From Horticoccus luteus (GTDB taxonomy: Bacteria; Verrucomicrobiota; Verrucomicrobiia; Opitutales; Opitutaceae), in assembly GCF_019464535.1 (NCBI RefSeq), contig NZ_CP080507.1:4110001-4142000 (forward strand): DNA of 32,000 nt, given 5' to 3'. Under the pieces are notes generated by a model that was not told where the DNA came from, did no database searches, and saw nothing but the letters and a program-made list of their open reading frames with translations. The position numbers and the translations under genes are program-made. Shown piece after piece: positions 14,896 through 24,646 of the stretch; the stretch's first letter is position 1; each line of letters starts with the position of its first letter.

Positions 14896-16761
14896 TCAAG
14901 CGACCGTGCTCCCACCCCGCCGGTCGTCCATCTGCACGAATTGCTCGTAAAGCGCCGCATAGTGTCCGCGCAATGCCACCAATTCCGCATGCGTGCCCCG
15001 CTCGATCAGCCGGCCTTGGTCCAGCACCAGCACTTGGTCGGCGTGGCGGATCGTGCTCAACCGGTGCGCCACCACAAAGCTCGTGCGGCCGCGCAAGAGC
15101 GCCTGCAGCGCCTTCTGCAATCGCGCTTCCGTCAACGCATCGATCGAACTCGTCGCCTCGTCGAGAATGACGAGCCGCGGATCCACGAGCAGCGCCCGCG
15201 TGAAGCAGGCCAGCTGCCGTTGCCCGACGGAAAGACCCGCGCCGCGCTCCCCGATTTCCGTGTGCAACCCTTTCGGCAACGCCTCGAGAATGTCCAGGCA
15301 GTCGAGCTGGCGGGCGGCATCACGTACTTCCTCCTCGGTCGCATCCGGCTTCGCCACGCGAATGTTTTCAAGCAGCGTGCCCGTGAACAGAAAGTTCTGC
15401 TGCTGCACCATCCCCAACTGGCGGTGCAACGAATGGCTGGTGATTGAGTGCACGTCGCGCCCGTCCAACAGCAACTGCCCGCTGGTCGGCAGATAAAACT
15501 TTGCCGCCAAGTTGATGATCGAGCTCTTGCCGCTGCCCGTGTGGCCGACCAAGGCGATCGTCTGCCCCGGCTCCGCCGTGAAACTCACCTCATGCAGCAC
15601 CGGCTTGGTGGGATCGTAGCCAAACCCCACGCCCCTGAACTCCACGCGCATGCCCGTGCCCGCCGGCGCCGGCAACGGCGTCGCCGCCGGATCGTCTTCC
15701 CAGTCCGGCTTCGCATCGATCAAGCGGAACACCCGCTCCGCCCCCGCCATCGCGATCAACGCCTGATTATATTGATTTCCGATCGTCGCGATCGGGGCGA
15801 AAAAGAAATTCGCCATGAAGAAAAACTGGATCAGGTCGCCGATCTCCATCTGTCCGTGAAACGTCCGCCAACCGCCCAGCAGCAACATCACGGCGATGAA
15901 GAACTGGCTGTTGAGTTCCAGCAGCGGCACGAGAATCGCCGAGGTGCGCGCCAGCGCGATGTTATAGCGCGCATGGTCGGCGAGCAGGTTGCGAAACAAT
16001 CCCGCATTGGTCTGCTGCCGCACGAAGCCCTGCGTCACTCGCATGCCGTTGACCGACTCCGCGAGCGTCGCCGTCACCCGGCTGAAGCTCTCCGTCGTCG
16101 CCCGCGTGAGCAGGCTCAGGCGCGTGCGAAATTTCCGGTTTACCACCCAGAGCAAGGGTGCCATCGCCACGACCACGAGAAATAAAACCCAGTCGCGCCA
16201 CGCCATCACCACCGCGGCGAAGAGCATGTTGCCGAACTGCACGATGGAGACGAAAAACACGTCCTGAATGCCGACGCGCAACGACTCCACATCCGACGTC
16301 ACACGGCTGATGATGCGGCCGAGTTTCACGCGGTTGAAAAAGCTCATCGGCATCCGTTGCACGCAGCGAAAAATGTCGGCGCGCAACGTCTTCACCACCG
16401 ACTCGCCGAGTTCGAGCGCGTAGCGCTGCCGAAAGTGAAAGAGCCCGTCCGTCAGCAGTCCGAGCACCCCGTAACCCGCCACCGCCCACGGCAGCATCCC
16501 CAGGTGATGATGCGCGATCGGGCCGGCGATGATCACGCTCATCGCCCACGTCAGCGCCGGCAGCTGGATCGAGCGCACCAGCGTGATGACGATGAGCGCA
16601 TTGCGCTTGCGCGACTGCGTCTTGGTGTAGGCGAAAAGGCGGCGGATAAGCCCCCACTCGAGCGGCCGGAATTGCGCCTCTTCCTCCTCGTTGCGCTCCG
16701 CCCGCACGACCAGCCCGATTTCCACCGGCTTCAAGCCCGGATCCTTTTCGCGCGGCTTCAT
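14896..16761 (-). CDS. ABC exporter, fused TMD-NBD half-transporter (subunit B of a heterodimer)
   Basis: Six-helix type I exporter TMD. Walker A GHTGSGKSS, non-canonical signature LSVGQRQ (15220-15234), Walker B LVILDEATSSID, H-loop VAHRLST. The start overlaps the upstream stop (ATGA at 16758-16761). Confidence 0.9.
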   Translation of the reverse strand: MKPREKDPGLKPVEIGLVVRAERNEEEEAQFRPLEWGLIRRLFAYTKTQSRKRNALIVITLVRSIQLPALTWAMSVIIAGPIAHHHLGMLPWAVAGYGVLGLLTDGLFHFRQRYALELGESVVKTLRADIFRCVQRMPMSFFNRVKLGRIISRVTSDVESLRVGIQDVFFVSIVQFGNMLFAAVVMAWRDWVLFLVVVAMAPLLWVVNRKFRTRLSLLTRATTESFSRVTATLAESVNGMRVTQGFVRQQTNAGLFRNLLADHARYNIALARTSAILVPLLELNSQFFIAVMLLLGGWRTFHGQMEIGDLIQFFFMANFFFAPIATIGNQYNQALIAMAGAERVFRLIDAKPDWEDDPAATPLPAPAGTGMRVEFRGVGFGYDPTKPVLHEVSFTAEPGQTIALVGHTGSGKSSIINLAAKFYLPTSGQLLLDGRDVHSITSHSLHRQLGMVQQQNFLFTGTLLENIRVAKPDATEEEVRDAARQLDCLDILEALPKGLHTEIGERGAGLSVGQRQLACFTRALLVDPRLVILDEATSSIDALTEARLQKALQALLRGRTSFVVAHRLSTIRHADQVLVLDQGRLIERGTHAELVALRGHYAALYEQFVQMDDRRGGSTVA

Positions 16762-18641
16762 GGTTCCGCGCCCTCCTCGCCGCCGGCGGTGAGTTCACGT
16801 GCGTCCACCAGTTGCAGATTGGCGACCCGCCGGTAAGCCCCGCGAGCGGCCATCAACTCTTCGTGCGTGCCGCGCTCCACGATGCGGCCGTTTTCCATCA
16901 CGATAATAAAGTCCGCCCGGCGCAGCGTGCTCAGCCGGTGCGCCACGATAAACGTCGTGCGGCCCGCGATCGCGCGCTCCAACGCTTCGAAGATTTCATG
17001 CTCCGTCTCGCTGTCGATCGCCGCCGTGGGATCGTCCAACAGCAGGATCGCCGGCTCCAGCAACACGGCCCGCGCGATCGCGATGCGCTGCCTTTGTCCG
17101 CCGGACAACGTGTTCCCGCTCTCGCCCAGCACCGTATCGTAACCTTCCGGCAACGCGGTGATGAACTCATGCGCCGCCGCGATTCGCGCCGCTTTTTCCA
17201 CTTGTTCCCGCGTGGCCGTCGGATGCCCGAACGCGATGTTGGCCGCGATCGTGTTCGAGAACAGAAAACTCTCCTGAAACACGAGGCCGATGTTGCGCCG
17301 CAAATCGTCGAGGTGCAGCTCGCGGATGTCCCGCCCATCGATCAGCAGCCGCCCGCTCGTCACGTCGTAAAATCGCGGGATCAAGCTCATCAAAACACTT
17401 TTGCCCGCGCCCGTCGCCCCGAGGATCGCTACCATCTGGCCGGCGCGCAGCTCCAGGTTGATGTCGCGCAGCACCGGATCGACGCCGGAGTAGGCGAAGC
17501 CCACGTTTTCGAACCGCACGTCGCCGCGCAGCCGCTGAAACCGTTCCGCCTGCGGCGCGCTCTGCACCTCAATGTTGGCGTCGATGATTTCAAACACCCG
17601 CCGCGAGCCGATCAACGACTGCTGCACGCTGTTCACCACCGTCGCCACGTTGTTGATCTGCCCCGAAAACTGTTCCAGCAAGCCCGCGAAAACCACGAGG
17701 CCGGTGCCCAGCGGCAACTGCCCCTGCGCGACCAGCCAGCCGCCGTAGGTCAGCAGCACGACCATGTTGACCCGGGTGAGAAAACCCACCGCCGGCGAAA
17801 ACAAACTGATGCGCCAGAAGATTCCCAATTGCTGGTCGTAGCAGGCTTGATTCGCCGCCTCGAAGCGCGCGCGGTTCTCCGCCTCCCGCCCAAAGGCCTT
17901 GGTGACCGCGATGCCCTGGATGCTTTCCGCCAGCAGTTGCACCATGCGCTCCACGAGCGTGCGGTTGTGCGCGTAGGCTGGTTGCGTCGCCCGCGAAAAC
18001 CACATCGAGAGCAGCGCGAGCAGCGGCGTCGTCGCCAGGCACGCCAGCATCAAGCGCGGACTCAGGCTCGCCATGTAGATGATGTAGACGGTCAACGACA
18101 CCGCCATGATCACGCTTTGAAACAGCACCTGATCCAAAAACATCCGCAACGACTGCACGTCGCCGGTCACCCGCGTGATGATCGAGCCGGTGGAGTTCGC
18201 GTCAAAAAACCGGAAGCTCAGCCGCTGCAGCCGGTCGTAAACCGCCCCCCGCAGGTCAACCACGAGCTCCTGTTGCAACAGGCGGTTGACGCTCACGAAA
18301 TACGCGTAATTCAGAAATGCGCGTCCCGCCGCGAGCAGCAGGATCACGCCCGCGATGCCCAAAATCACCTGCATCGGCGCCCAGCCCGCCGGCAGTGCCA
18401 GGCCAAAAATTTTCGGCGCCGGCACCACTTCGCCCGCGCCCGCCGCCATGGTGTTGCGGATGTAGTCGATGCCGAGGCCCGTCAGGCTCAACCCGCTGAG
18501 CCCCATCGTGAGCAGCACCACCTGCGTGGCCAGCACCTTGAGGCAGCCCCGCCGATAGCTCCACGTCAGCCGGAACAACCGGCCGACAACCGCCCAGTTC
18601 GAGAGCGAACTGGCAGCAAGGCTGGAAGACGGCAGCGACAT
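16758..18641 (-). CDS. ABC exporter, fused TMD-NBD half-transporter (subunit A of a heterodimer)
   Basis: Type I exporter TMD. Walker A GATGAGKSV, canonical signature LSGGQRQR. Walker B is ILLLDDPT, with Asp in place of the catalytic Glu (codon at 17031-17033). H-loop VAHRLST. Confidence 0.9.
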   Translation of the reverse strand: MSLPSSSLAASSLSNWAVVGRLFRLTWSYRRGCLKVLATQVVLLTMGLSGLSLTGLGIDYIRNTMAAGAGEVVPAPKIFGLALPAGWAPMQVILGIAGVILLLAAGRAFLNYAYFVSVNRLLQQELVVDLRGAVYDRLQRLSFRFFDANSTGSIITRVTGDVQSLRMFLDQVLFQSVIMAVSLTVYIIYMASLSPRLMLACLATTPLLALLSMWFSRATQPAYAHNRTLVERMVQLLAESIQGIAVTKAFGREAENRARFEAANQACYDQQLGIFWRISLFSPAVGFLTRVNMVVLLTYGGWLVAQGQLPLGTGLVVFAGLLEQFSGQINNVATVVNSVQQSLIGSRRVFEIIDANIEVQSAPQAERFQRLRGDVRFENVGFAYSGVDPVLRDINLELRAGQMVAILGATGAGKSVLMSLIPRFYDVTSGRLLIDGRDIRELHLDDLRRNIGLVFQESFLFSNTIAANIAFGHPTATREQVEKAARIAAAHEFITALPEGYDTVLGESGNTLSGGQRQRIAIARAVLLEPAILLLDDPTAAIDSETEHEIFEALERAIAGRTTFIVAHRLSTLRRADFIIVMENGRIVERGTHEELMAARGAYRRVANLQLVDARELTAGGEEGAEP

Positions 18642-18805
18642 GGTGAGGGTTCAAGCTATGAGCGCACTGCGACGGCGCACGCTGAAAGTTGATTTGTTTC
18701 CCGCCGGCTCCCGCCGCCTCCACCGAAAAGCCGCTCGCCACCGCCACTGATCGCCCTTGTCTGTTCCCGTCGCTCCTGCGTCATCTTCGCCGCTCTTCTG
18801 TCCGC

Positions 18806-19948
18806 GTGAATCTGTTGTCCCGTCATCTCCTCGCCAGCGTGCTCCTGACCTGCGGCCTCGCCGTCGGGCTGTTCGAATTCATCCTCATTGCGGGCAACGC
18901 CATTCAGGACCTGCTCGACCACGTGCTCGCGGGACAGTTTCCGCTCGGCACAGTCCTCCGGCTCGTCGGCCTCCTGGTGCCGTATGTGATTACCTACGCG
19001 CTGCCGCTCGGCACGTTGTGCGGCGTGCTGCTGGTGCTGGGGCGCTTGTCCGCCGACAACGAAATCACCGCCATGCGTGCCGTCGGCCGCAGCGTCGGGC
19101 AGATTTCGCGGCCCATCCTGCTCTTCGGCGCGCTGGGCGCCGTGTTCACGCTTTTCGTCAACTTCGTCGCGATGCCCCACGCCCGCGTTCAATATCATCG
19201 CGAATACGCCGAGGCGCTCCGCTCGAACCCGCTCAGTTTCCTCGTGCCGCGCACGTTCATCAGCGATTTCCCCGGCTACGTCCTTTACGTCGGCGATAAA
19301 CACGGTTCGGAGATGCGCGATTTCTGGCTCTGGCAGCTCGATAGCCAGCAGCGCGTCGTCTCCCTCGTGCGCGCCGAAGCGGGCAAGTTCGACTATGATG
19401 AGGCAACGGATACCTTGCTCCTGACCCTTACGCATGCGACGGCGGAACGTCGCGACAGCAAGAATCCGGAGGAGTTCGGCAATGCGCCGCTCACCTTCAA
19501 TTTCGAGCAAACAAGCGAACGTCTTTCCCTCGACCGCCTGCTCAGCCGCCGCGGCGGTTTCCGGCAAAAACTGCAATGGATGACGTATCCTGAATTGCAG
19601 GCGCAGCTCGCCAAATTCAGCCAGCCGGTGCCGCCGGCGGACCGCAAGGAACAGGCGCGCGACCGGATGAAAGTGCAGATCACGATCCAGGAAAAAATCA
19701 CGCAAGCCGTGGCGGTGTTTTCGTTCGCGGCGCTCGCCATCCCACTCGGCATCCGCATCTCGCGGCGCGAAACCTCCGCCAACCTCGGCCTCGCCGTGCT
19801 GCTGGCCGGCGGCTACTATTTTCTGACCGTCATGATCGGCTGGCTCGACCGGCATCCCGAATATCGGCCCGACCTGCTGCAGTGGCTGCCCAACGTTCTC
19901 TTCCTCGGGCTCGCCCTCTGGCTTTTCCGCCGCATCGATCGAAACTGA
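18806..19948 (+). CDS. LptF/LptG (YjgP/YjgQ) family permease
   Basis: GTG at 18806 inside ORF 18689..19948 gives VNLLSRHLLASVLLTCGLAVGLFEFILIAGN..., the typical LptF/G N-terminus. A conserved LPLG...GRLSADNEITAMRAVG segment is present. A periplasmic beta-jellyroll-like middle (FISDFPGYVLYVGDK...) is followed by three C-terminal TMs. Confidence 0.8.
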   Translation: MNLLSRHLLASVLLTCGLAVGLFEFILIAGNAIQDLLDHVLAGQFPLGTVLRLVGLLVPYVITYALPLGTLCGVLLVLGRLSADNEITAMRAVGRSVGQISRPILLFGALGAVFTLFVNFVAMPHARVQYHREYAEALRSNPLSFLVPRTFISDFPGYVLYVGDKHGSEMRDFWLWQLDSQQRVVSLVRAEAGKFDYDEATDTLLLTLTHATAERRDSKNPEEFGNAPLTFNFEQTSERLSLDRLLSRRGGFRQKLQWMTYPELQAQLAKFSQPVPPADRKEQARDRMKVQITIQEKITQAVAVFSFAALAIPLGIRISRRETSANLGLAVLLAGGYYFLTVMIGWLDRHPEYRPDLLQWLPNVLFLGLALWLFRRIDRN

Positions 19949-20035
19949 GCCGGGCCGCACCCGCCACCGGCGTTGCCGCCACTGAAGCGCGCCAGGCGGC
20001 TTTCCAGGGATCCGCTCAACCCGGGCGGCGCCTGC

Positions 20036-20485
20036 CTAGCGGCTTTCTTCCGAACCCTTTTCGAGCAGGCCCTTGGTCAGAAACACCAGGCCGCCCATTT
20101 GCGTCCACTCGGAAAGGAGGTTGCCAACCACTTGGCCCCATTTGCCGCCCGGCTGCATTTTCATAAAGAGCACGAGCCAGCCCACACCGGTCGCGGCGAT
20201 GGTCAGCAACAGCGAGTGGCGCCACACGAAATCACGCAGTGGATTTCTACGGCGACCTCGCACCGGTCGGCTGTCCGCCGAGTGGGCTTCCAACAAATAT
20301 TTTGTCCCGAGGATGATGACGACGGAGCCGCTCCAGTCAGCGACCGCATTGCCGAAGAAGGCGCCCCAATGCGTGTCGGGATTGGACCGGGTGTAGAGGA
20401 GAATCCAGAGCGCGAGTATCGCCAGCGTGACAAGGCTCAGAGAATGCTGATGAAAAAAACCTTTCGATTTCTTCCGTTTAGCCAT
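20036..20485 (-). CDS. small 4-TM membrane protein with internal duplication (149 aa), function unknown
   Basis: ATG at 20485 inside ORF 20036..20806 gives MAKRKKSKGFFHQHSLSLVTLAILALWILLY.... Two related halves are visible: HWGAFFGNAVADWSGSVVIILGTKYLLEAHS and KWGQVVGNLLSEWTQMGGLVFLTKGLLEKGS. It starts 64 bp downstream of the arnD stop on the same strand. Confidence 0.6.
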   Translation of the reverse strand: MAKRKKSKGFFHQHSLSLVTLAILALWILLYTRSNPDTHWGAFFGNAVADWSGSVVIILGTKYLLEAHSADSRPVRGRRRNPLRDFVWRHSLLLTIAATGVGWLVLFMKMQPGGKWGQVVGNLLSEWTQMGGLVFLTKGLLEKGSEESR

Positions 20486-20549
20486 GCCGACACAGACGCG
20501 CGACGGCGTTGAAAGTTCGACCACCCGGGGTGTTCCTGGACCGCGCCCC

Positions 20550-21452
20550 TCAAACCGCCTGCACCGCGAGCTGTCCGCTGCGGCCATCGATCTCCGCCTG
20601 CATTTGGTCGCACACCGCGAGTTTGCCGCGCTCTTCCAGCAAACGCTGCGCGAGTTCGTCGAGCCGGATGAATTCCACGCCGGCGTTGCGGCATGCCGTG
20701 AGCAGCGCCTGAAACAGTCCGCGTTTGCCCATTCCTTCGATCTCCGCGTGGAGCGTGAAAACGTTTGGCCGGTCGTCGCGCAGCAGCGAGAGATAGTGGG
20801 GCACAATGCGCTCGTCGGGAAACTCCGCCCGTCCGATCAGTTCGTCGAACGTCGGCAGGGTGCTCGGAATCTCCAGTGTCTTGAACACCCGCCCGTTCAC
20901 GCGCGGGAAAAACGGATACGCGCCACGCGCATCGCTCGCGTAGAGCAGACCCGCCTCATCGTAAACCTCGCGGCTCCGCTCGTTGCTCTGCCAGCCCGCC
21001 GCGCCCGCCGTGCGCGCCTCGTGGCCGAAGATCCGCAAAAACTCCGCGCGGGCGGCCAGGAACTCCTCGCGCACCTCCGCGAGCGTCATCTTTTGCACGT
21101 AGTCCTGCCAGCGGTAGTGGTTGTAGCAATGGATGCCGACCTCGTGGCCCGCATCGCGAACCGCGCGCATCACCGCCGCATTGCGCCGGCCTATGTGCGG
21201 CGCCGGCAGCAGCGTGCCGTTGAGCAACGTCCGCACGCCATACATCTGCACGACGCTGGTGCGACTGACCTTCTTGAAAAACCCCGGCCGGAAGACACGG
21301 GTGATGGCGCGCCCGGTCTGGTCCGGCCCGAGCGAAAAGAGAAAACACGCCGGCGCGTTCACGTCCGCGAGATCCGCCAACAGGTTCGGCACGCCTTCCC
21401 GCGTGCCGCGATCCGTGTCGACATCAACTTTGAGGGCGAGTCGAAGAGCCAT
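20550..21452 (-). CDS. arnD: 4-deoxy-4-formamido-L-arabinose-phosphoundecaprenol deformylase (polysaccharide deacetylase family)
   Basis: ATG at 21452 gives [28 protein letters not shown]..., which closely parallels E. coli ArnD ([23 protein letters not shown]). AAGW and TLHAEIEG motifs are also shared. Confidence 0.85.
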   Translation of the reverse strand: [300 protein letters not shown]

Positions 21453-21624
21453 GACTAAGGGGTGTGATGTCGGCTCAGGCGCACGCAAAATTACGCATTC
21501 ATCGGTGCTTCAAACGCTTCGTCGAGCCTGGTCTCCCATCCGTCGAAATAACCTGTCAGGACCACCGGTTTCACGCCCGCAGCGTGCGTCTTCGCGGTCG
21601 GCAGGCAAGCCCTCCGCAAACGCG

Positions 21625-22662
21625 TCACTCCAGCCGGTAATCCTTGTGCGCGAGATGGTAGTCGAGCGTGCGCTTGATCGCCGTTTTCAAATCCACCTTC
21701 GGCTTCCAGCCGAGTTGCTTCTTCGCGTTCGCGATCGACGGCACGCGCTTCTGGATGTCCTGGTAATATTTCCCGAAATACTGCCCCGACGGCACCTTCA
21801 CTGTCTTCGCCGCCTTCACGTGCTCCGCATATTCAGGAAACTCTTTGAACGCGCCGATGATCAGCTTCGCCAGCTCCGCCACGCTCACGTCGTTGTTCGG
21901 ATTGCCGAGGTTGAAGATCTGCCGCGATGCCTTCCCGTCCTTGTTCTCGATGATGCGCAGCAGCGCGTCCACGCCATCGTCGATGAACGTGAACGACCGG
22001 CTCTGCTTGCCGCCGTCGACGAGCTGGATCGGCTTCTTGAAAATCACGTTCGAGATGAACTGCGTGAACAACCGCGAACTGCCCTCCTTCGGTTCGAGCA
22101 CATCGTCGAGCTTCGGCCCGATCCAGTTGAACGGCCGAAACAGCGTGTAATCGACGTTGTCGCGCACGCCGTAAGCGTAAATCACGCGATCGAGCAATTG
22201 CTTCGAACACGCGTAAATCCAGCGCTGCTTCTCGATCGGCCCATACACCATCGAGCTCGTCTCTTCATTGAGCTCCGGGTCCTGGCACATTCCGTAAACC
22301 TCGGAGGTCGACGGGAAAATAATGCGCTTCTTGTATTTCGCGCACTTGCGGACGATTTCGAGGTTCGCCTCGAAATCCAATTCGAAGACCCGCAGCGGAT
22401 CCTTCACGTATTGCGCGGGGTTCGCGATGGCGACGAGCGGCAGCACCGCATCGCATTTCTTCACGTGATATTCGATCCACTCGCGGTTGATCGTGATGTC
22501 GCCCTCGACAAACTTGAAACGCTCATGGCCGAGGCTGTCCTCCAGTTTGTGGGAGCCCACGTCCATGCCGTAAACCTCCCAGTTCTTTTGCGAGAGAATC
22601 GCCCGCGTGAGCGAGCTGCCGATGAAACCGTTGGCGCCGAGAATGAGAACGCGAAGAGGCAT
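21625..22662 (-). CDS. arnA: UDP-glucuronic acid oxidative decarboxylase (stand-alone ArnA C-terminal dehydrogenase domain)
   Basis: ATG at 22662 gives [18 protein letters not shown] (Rossmann GxxGxxG). There are long near-identical runs to the E. coli ArnA C-terminal half: [79 protein letters not shown]. Confidence 0.9.
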   Translation of the reverse strand: [345 protein letters not shown]

Positions 22663-22705
22663 GGCGGAACCCAAGCGGGAAACCGCCGCTTTGGGAAACG
22701 AAAAC

Positions 22706-23611
22706 TCAGAGCACCTGCCCGATGCGCAACTCCCGCTTCTCGCCGTCCCGCCATTCCACGCGCGTCAACTCCAATGCTCCCTCGCTCGTCGCCACCACGA
22801 GCGGTGCGACCGACAGCACCTCGCCCGGCGCACCGTTGCGGCCGCGTGCCGCCAGCGCATCCGGCTCCGCCCACCACACCATCAGCCGTGCGCCGTCCAC
22901 TTCGGTGAACGCACCGGGATACGGATCGGTGACCGCGCGGATCAGATTGAAAATCTCCCGCGAGGTTTTCGTCCAGTCGATGCGCCCGTCCTCCGGCTTG
23001 CGGCCGCCAAAATACGTCGCCTGCGTTTCATCCTGCGGCGTTTCCCGCACGGTCCCGCCGAGCAGCGCGTCGATCTGCCGCGCCAGCACGCGGCGCGCGC
23101 ACGGCAGCACCTTGCGAAACGCTTCCTCCGCCGTCTCCCGCGGCCCGATTGCCACACCTTCTTGATCCACCACCGCGCCCGCATCCGCACTTTTCACCAT
23201 CCGATGAAGCGTCATGCCAATGCGCGGCTCGCCATGCAGCACCGCCCAGTTGATCGGTGCGCGCCCGCGGTATTTCGGCAGGAGCGAACCATGCATGTTC
23301 CACGCCCCGAGGCCCGGCAGCCCCAAGATCTTCGTCCCGATCATGTGCCGGTAATACACCGACAAAATCAAATCCGGCGCCAGCGCCGCGATCTTCTCGC
23401 GCCACTCGGGCGTGTTGACGCTTTCCGGCGTGAACACCGGCACACCCTTCTCCCGCGCCGCGACGGCCGGCGTCTTGAACCAGATTTTTTCGTGCGGATT
23501 ATCCTCGTGCGTGATCAACGCCACGACGTTGTCGCCGCGCTCAAGGAGCAGCGACAGACACTCGTAGCCGACCTCGCTGTAACCAAAAAAGAGAATGCGT
23601 GGCTTCGTCAT
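22706..23611 (-). CDS. arnA: UDP-4-amino-4-deoxy-L-arabinose formyltransferase (stand-alone ArnA N-terminal domain)
   Basis: ATG at 23611 gives MTKPRILFFGYSEVGYECL.... It contains the formyltransferase motifs WNMHGSLLPKYRGRAPINWAVL and GMTLHRMVKSADAGAVV, as in the E. coli ArnA N-terminal half. Confidence 0.9.
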   Translation of the reverse strand: MTKPRILFFGYSEVGYECLSLLLERGDNVVALITHEDNPHEKIWFKTPAVAAREKGVPVFTPESVNTPEWREKIAALAPDLILSVYYRHMIGTKILGLPGLGAWNMHGSLLPKYRGRAPINWAVLHGEPRIGMTLHRMVKSADAGAVVDQEGVAIGPRETAEEAFRKVLPCARRVLARQIDALLGGTVRETPQDETQATYFGGRKPEDGRIDWTKTSREIFNLIRAVTDPYPGAFTEVDGARLMVWWAEPDALAARGRNGAPGEVLSVAPLVVATSEGALELTRVEWRDGEKRELRIGQVL

Positions 23612-23701
23612 GCGCGGCTTAACGAGGACAACGCCGACCTCGTGTGGCGAGCGCGAACGAGCGTCCGCCGACCGTGCGCTCATCCGCTGCGCAATCCACG
23701 T

Positions 23702-24646
23702 TCACCCTTCGCGCACTTCCAGAATCTCTTTCACAAAATACCGCTGCCGCGCCCGCACGACCTGATAGGTGCGCCCGACGTATTCGCCGATGAGTCCGAT
23801 GCCGACCATCGACACGCTCAGCAGGAAAAACACCACGCCAAACAACGTGAAAATCCCTTCCGCCTCCGCGCCGAGAAAGAGCCGGCGGTAGGCCAGAATC
23901 AGCACCAGCAGCAGACTGCCCGCCGAACACGCCATCGCGAACATCGTGAAATACTGCAAGGGCGCGAGCGAGAAGCCGGTGATCAAATCGAAGTTCAACC
24001 GGATCAATTTATACAACGAGTAATTCGACACGCCCGCGTGCCGCTCCTCGTGGCGCACGCCGACTTCGGTCGGATTGCCCGAAAAACTATAGGCGAGCGC
24101 CGGAATGAACGTGTTGATCGCACCGCTGCGCACGATCGCATCGATGATCGGCCGCGAATACGCCCGCAACATGCAGCCCTGATCCGTCATTTCGATGTTC
24201 GTCGTCTGCTTGCGCACGAGATTGACCAGGCGCGAAGCGTATTTGCGAAACGACGAATCGTGCCGCTCCAGCCGGTAACCACCCACGTAGTCGTGCCCCG
24301 CATCCATTTTCGCCAGGAGTTTCGGAATTTCCTCCGGCGGGTTCTGCAGATCGGCATCCAGCGTGAGGATGATCGAACCGCGCACACGCTCGAACGCCGC
24401 CATGATCGCCATATGCTGGCCGTAATTCGCGTTGAAATCGATCACCCGCGTCACGTCCGGCCGTGCCGCGTGCTGCGCTTGCAACAACATAAAGGAGCGG
24501 TCCGCGCTGCCATCGTTGGTGAAGATGATTTCGTAACTCCGCCCGAGCGCGTCGAGCACCGGATAGAGCCGCGCGAAGAGCGTCGGCAGGTTGAGCTCCT
24601 CGTTATAAACGGGAATGACGACCGAGAGTTGAGGCGTCGCGCTCAT
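23702..24646 (-). CDS. arnC: undecaprenyl-phosphate 4-deoxy-4-formamido-L-arabinose transferase (GT2)
   Basis: ATG at 24646 gives MSATPQLSVVIPVYNEELNLP.... The motif TLDADLQNPPEEIPKLLAK is nearly identical to E. coli ArnC. Two C-terminal TMs and the ending GEY-GR-Y--VRARQRYFV are present. The start overlaps the arnB stop (ATGA at 24643-24646). Confidence 0.9.
   Translation of the reverse strand: MSATPQLSVVIPVYNEELNLPTLFARLYPVLDALGRSYEIIFTNDGSADRSFMLLQAQHAARPDVTRVIDFNANYGQHMAIMAAFERVRGSIILTLDADLQNPPEEIPKLLAKMDAGHDYVGGYRLERHDSSFRKYASRLVNLVRKQTTNIEMTDQGCMLRAYSRPIIDAIVRSGAINTFIPALAYSFSGNPTEVGVRHEERHAGVSNYSLYKLIRLNFDLITGFSLAPLQYFTMFAMACSAGSLLLVLILAYRRLFLGAEAEGIFTLFGVVFFLLSVSMVGIGLIGEYVGRTYQVVRARQRYFVKEILEVREG

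Noticed and set aside
21453-21624. A 172-bp gap between the arnA decarboxylase gene and arnD, inspected for a missing small gene (for example an arnE/F remnant) or an attenuator.
   Set aside because: Only a 9-codon ORF (MGDQARRSV) is present and no convincing hairpin with a U-tract. Most likely it is a plain intercistronic spacer or internal promoter, which cannot be resolved by eye.
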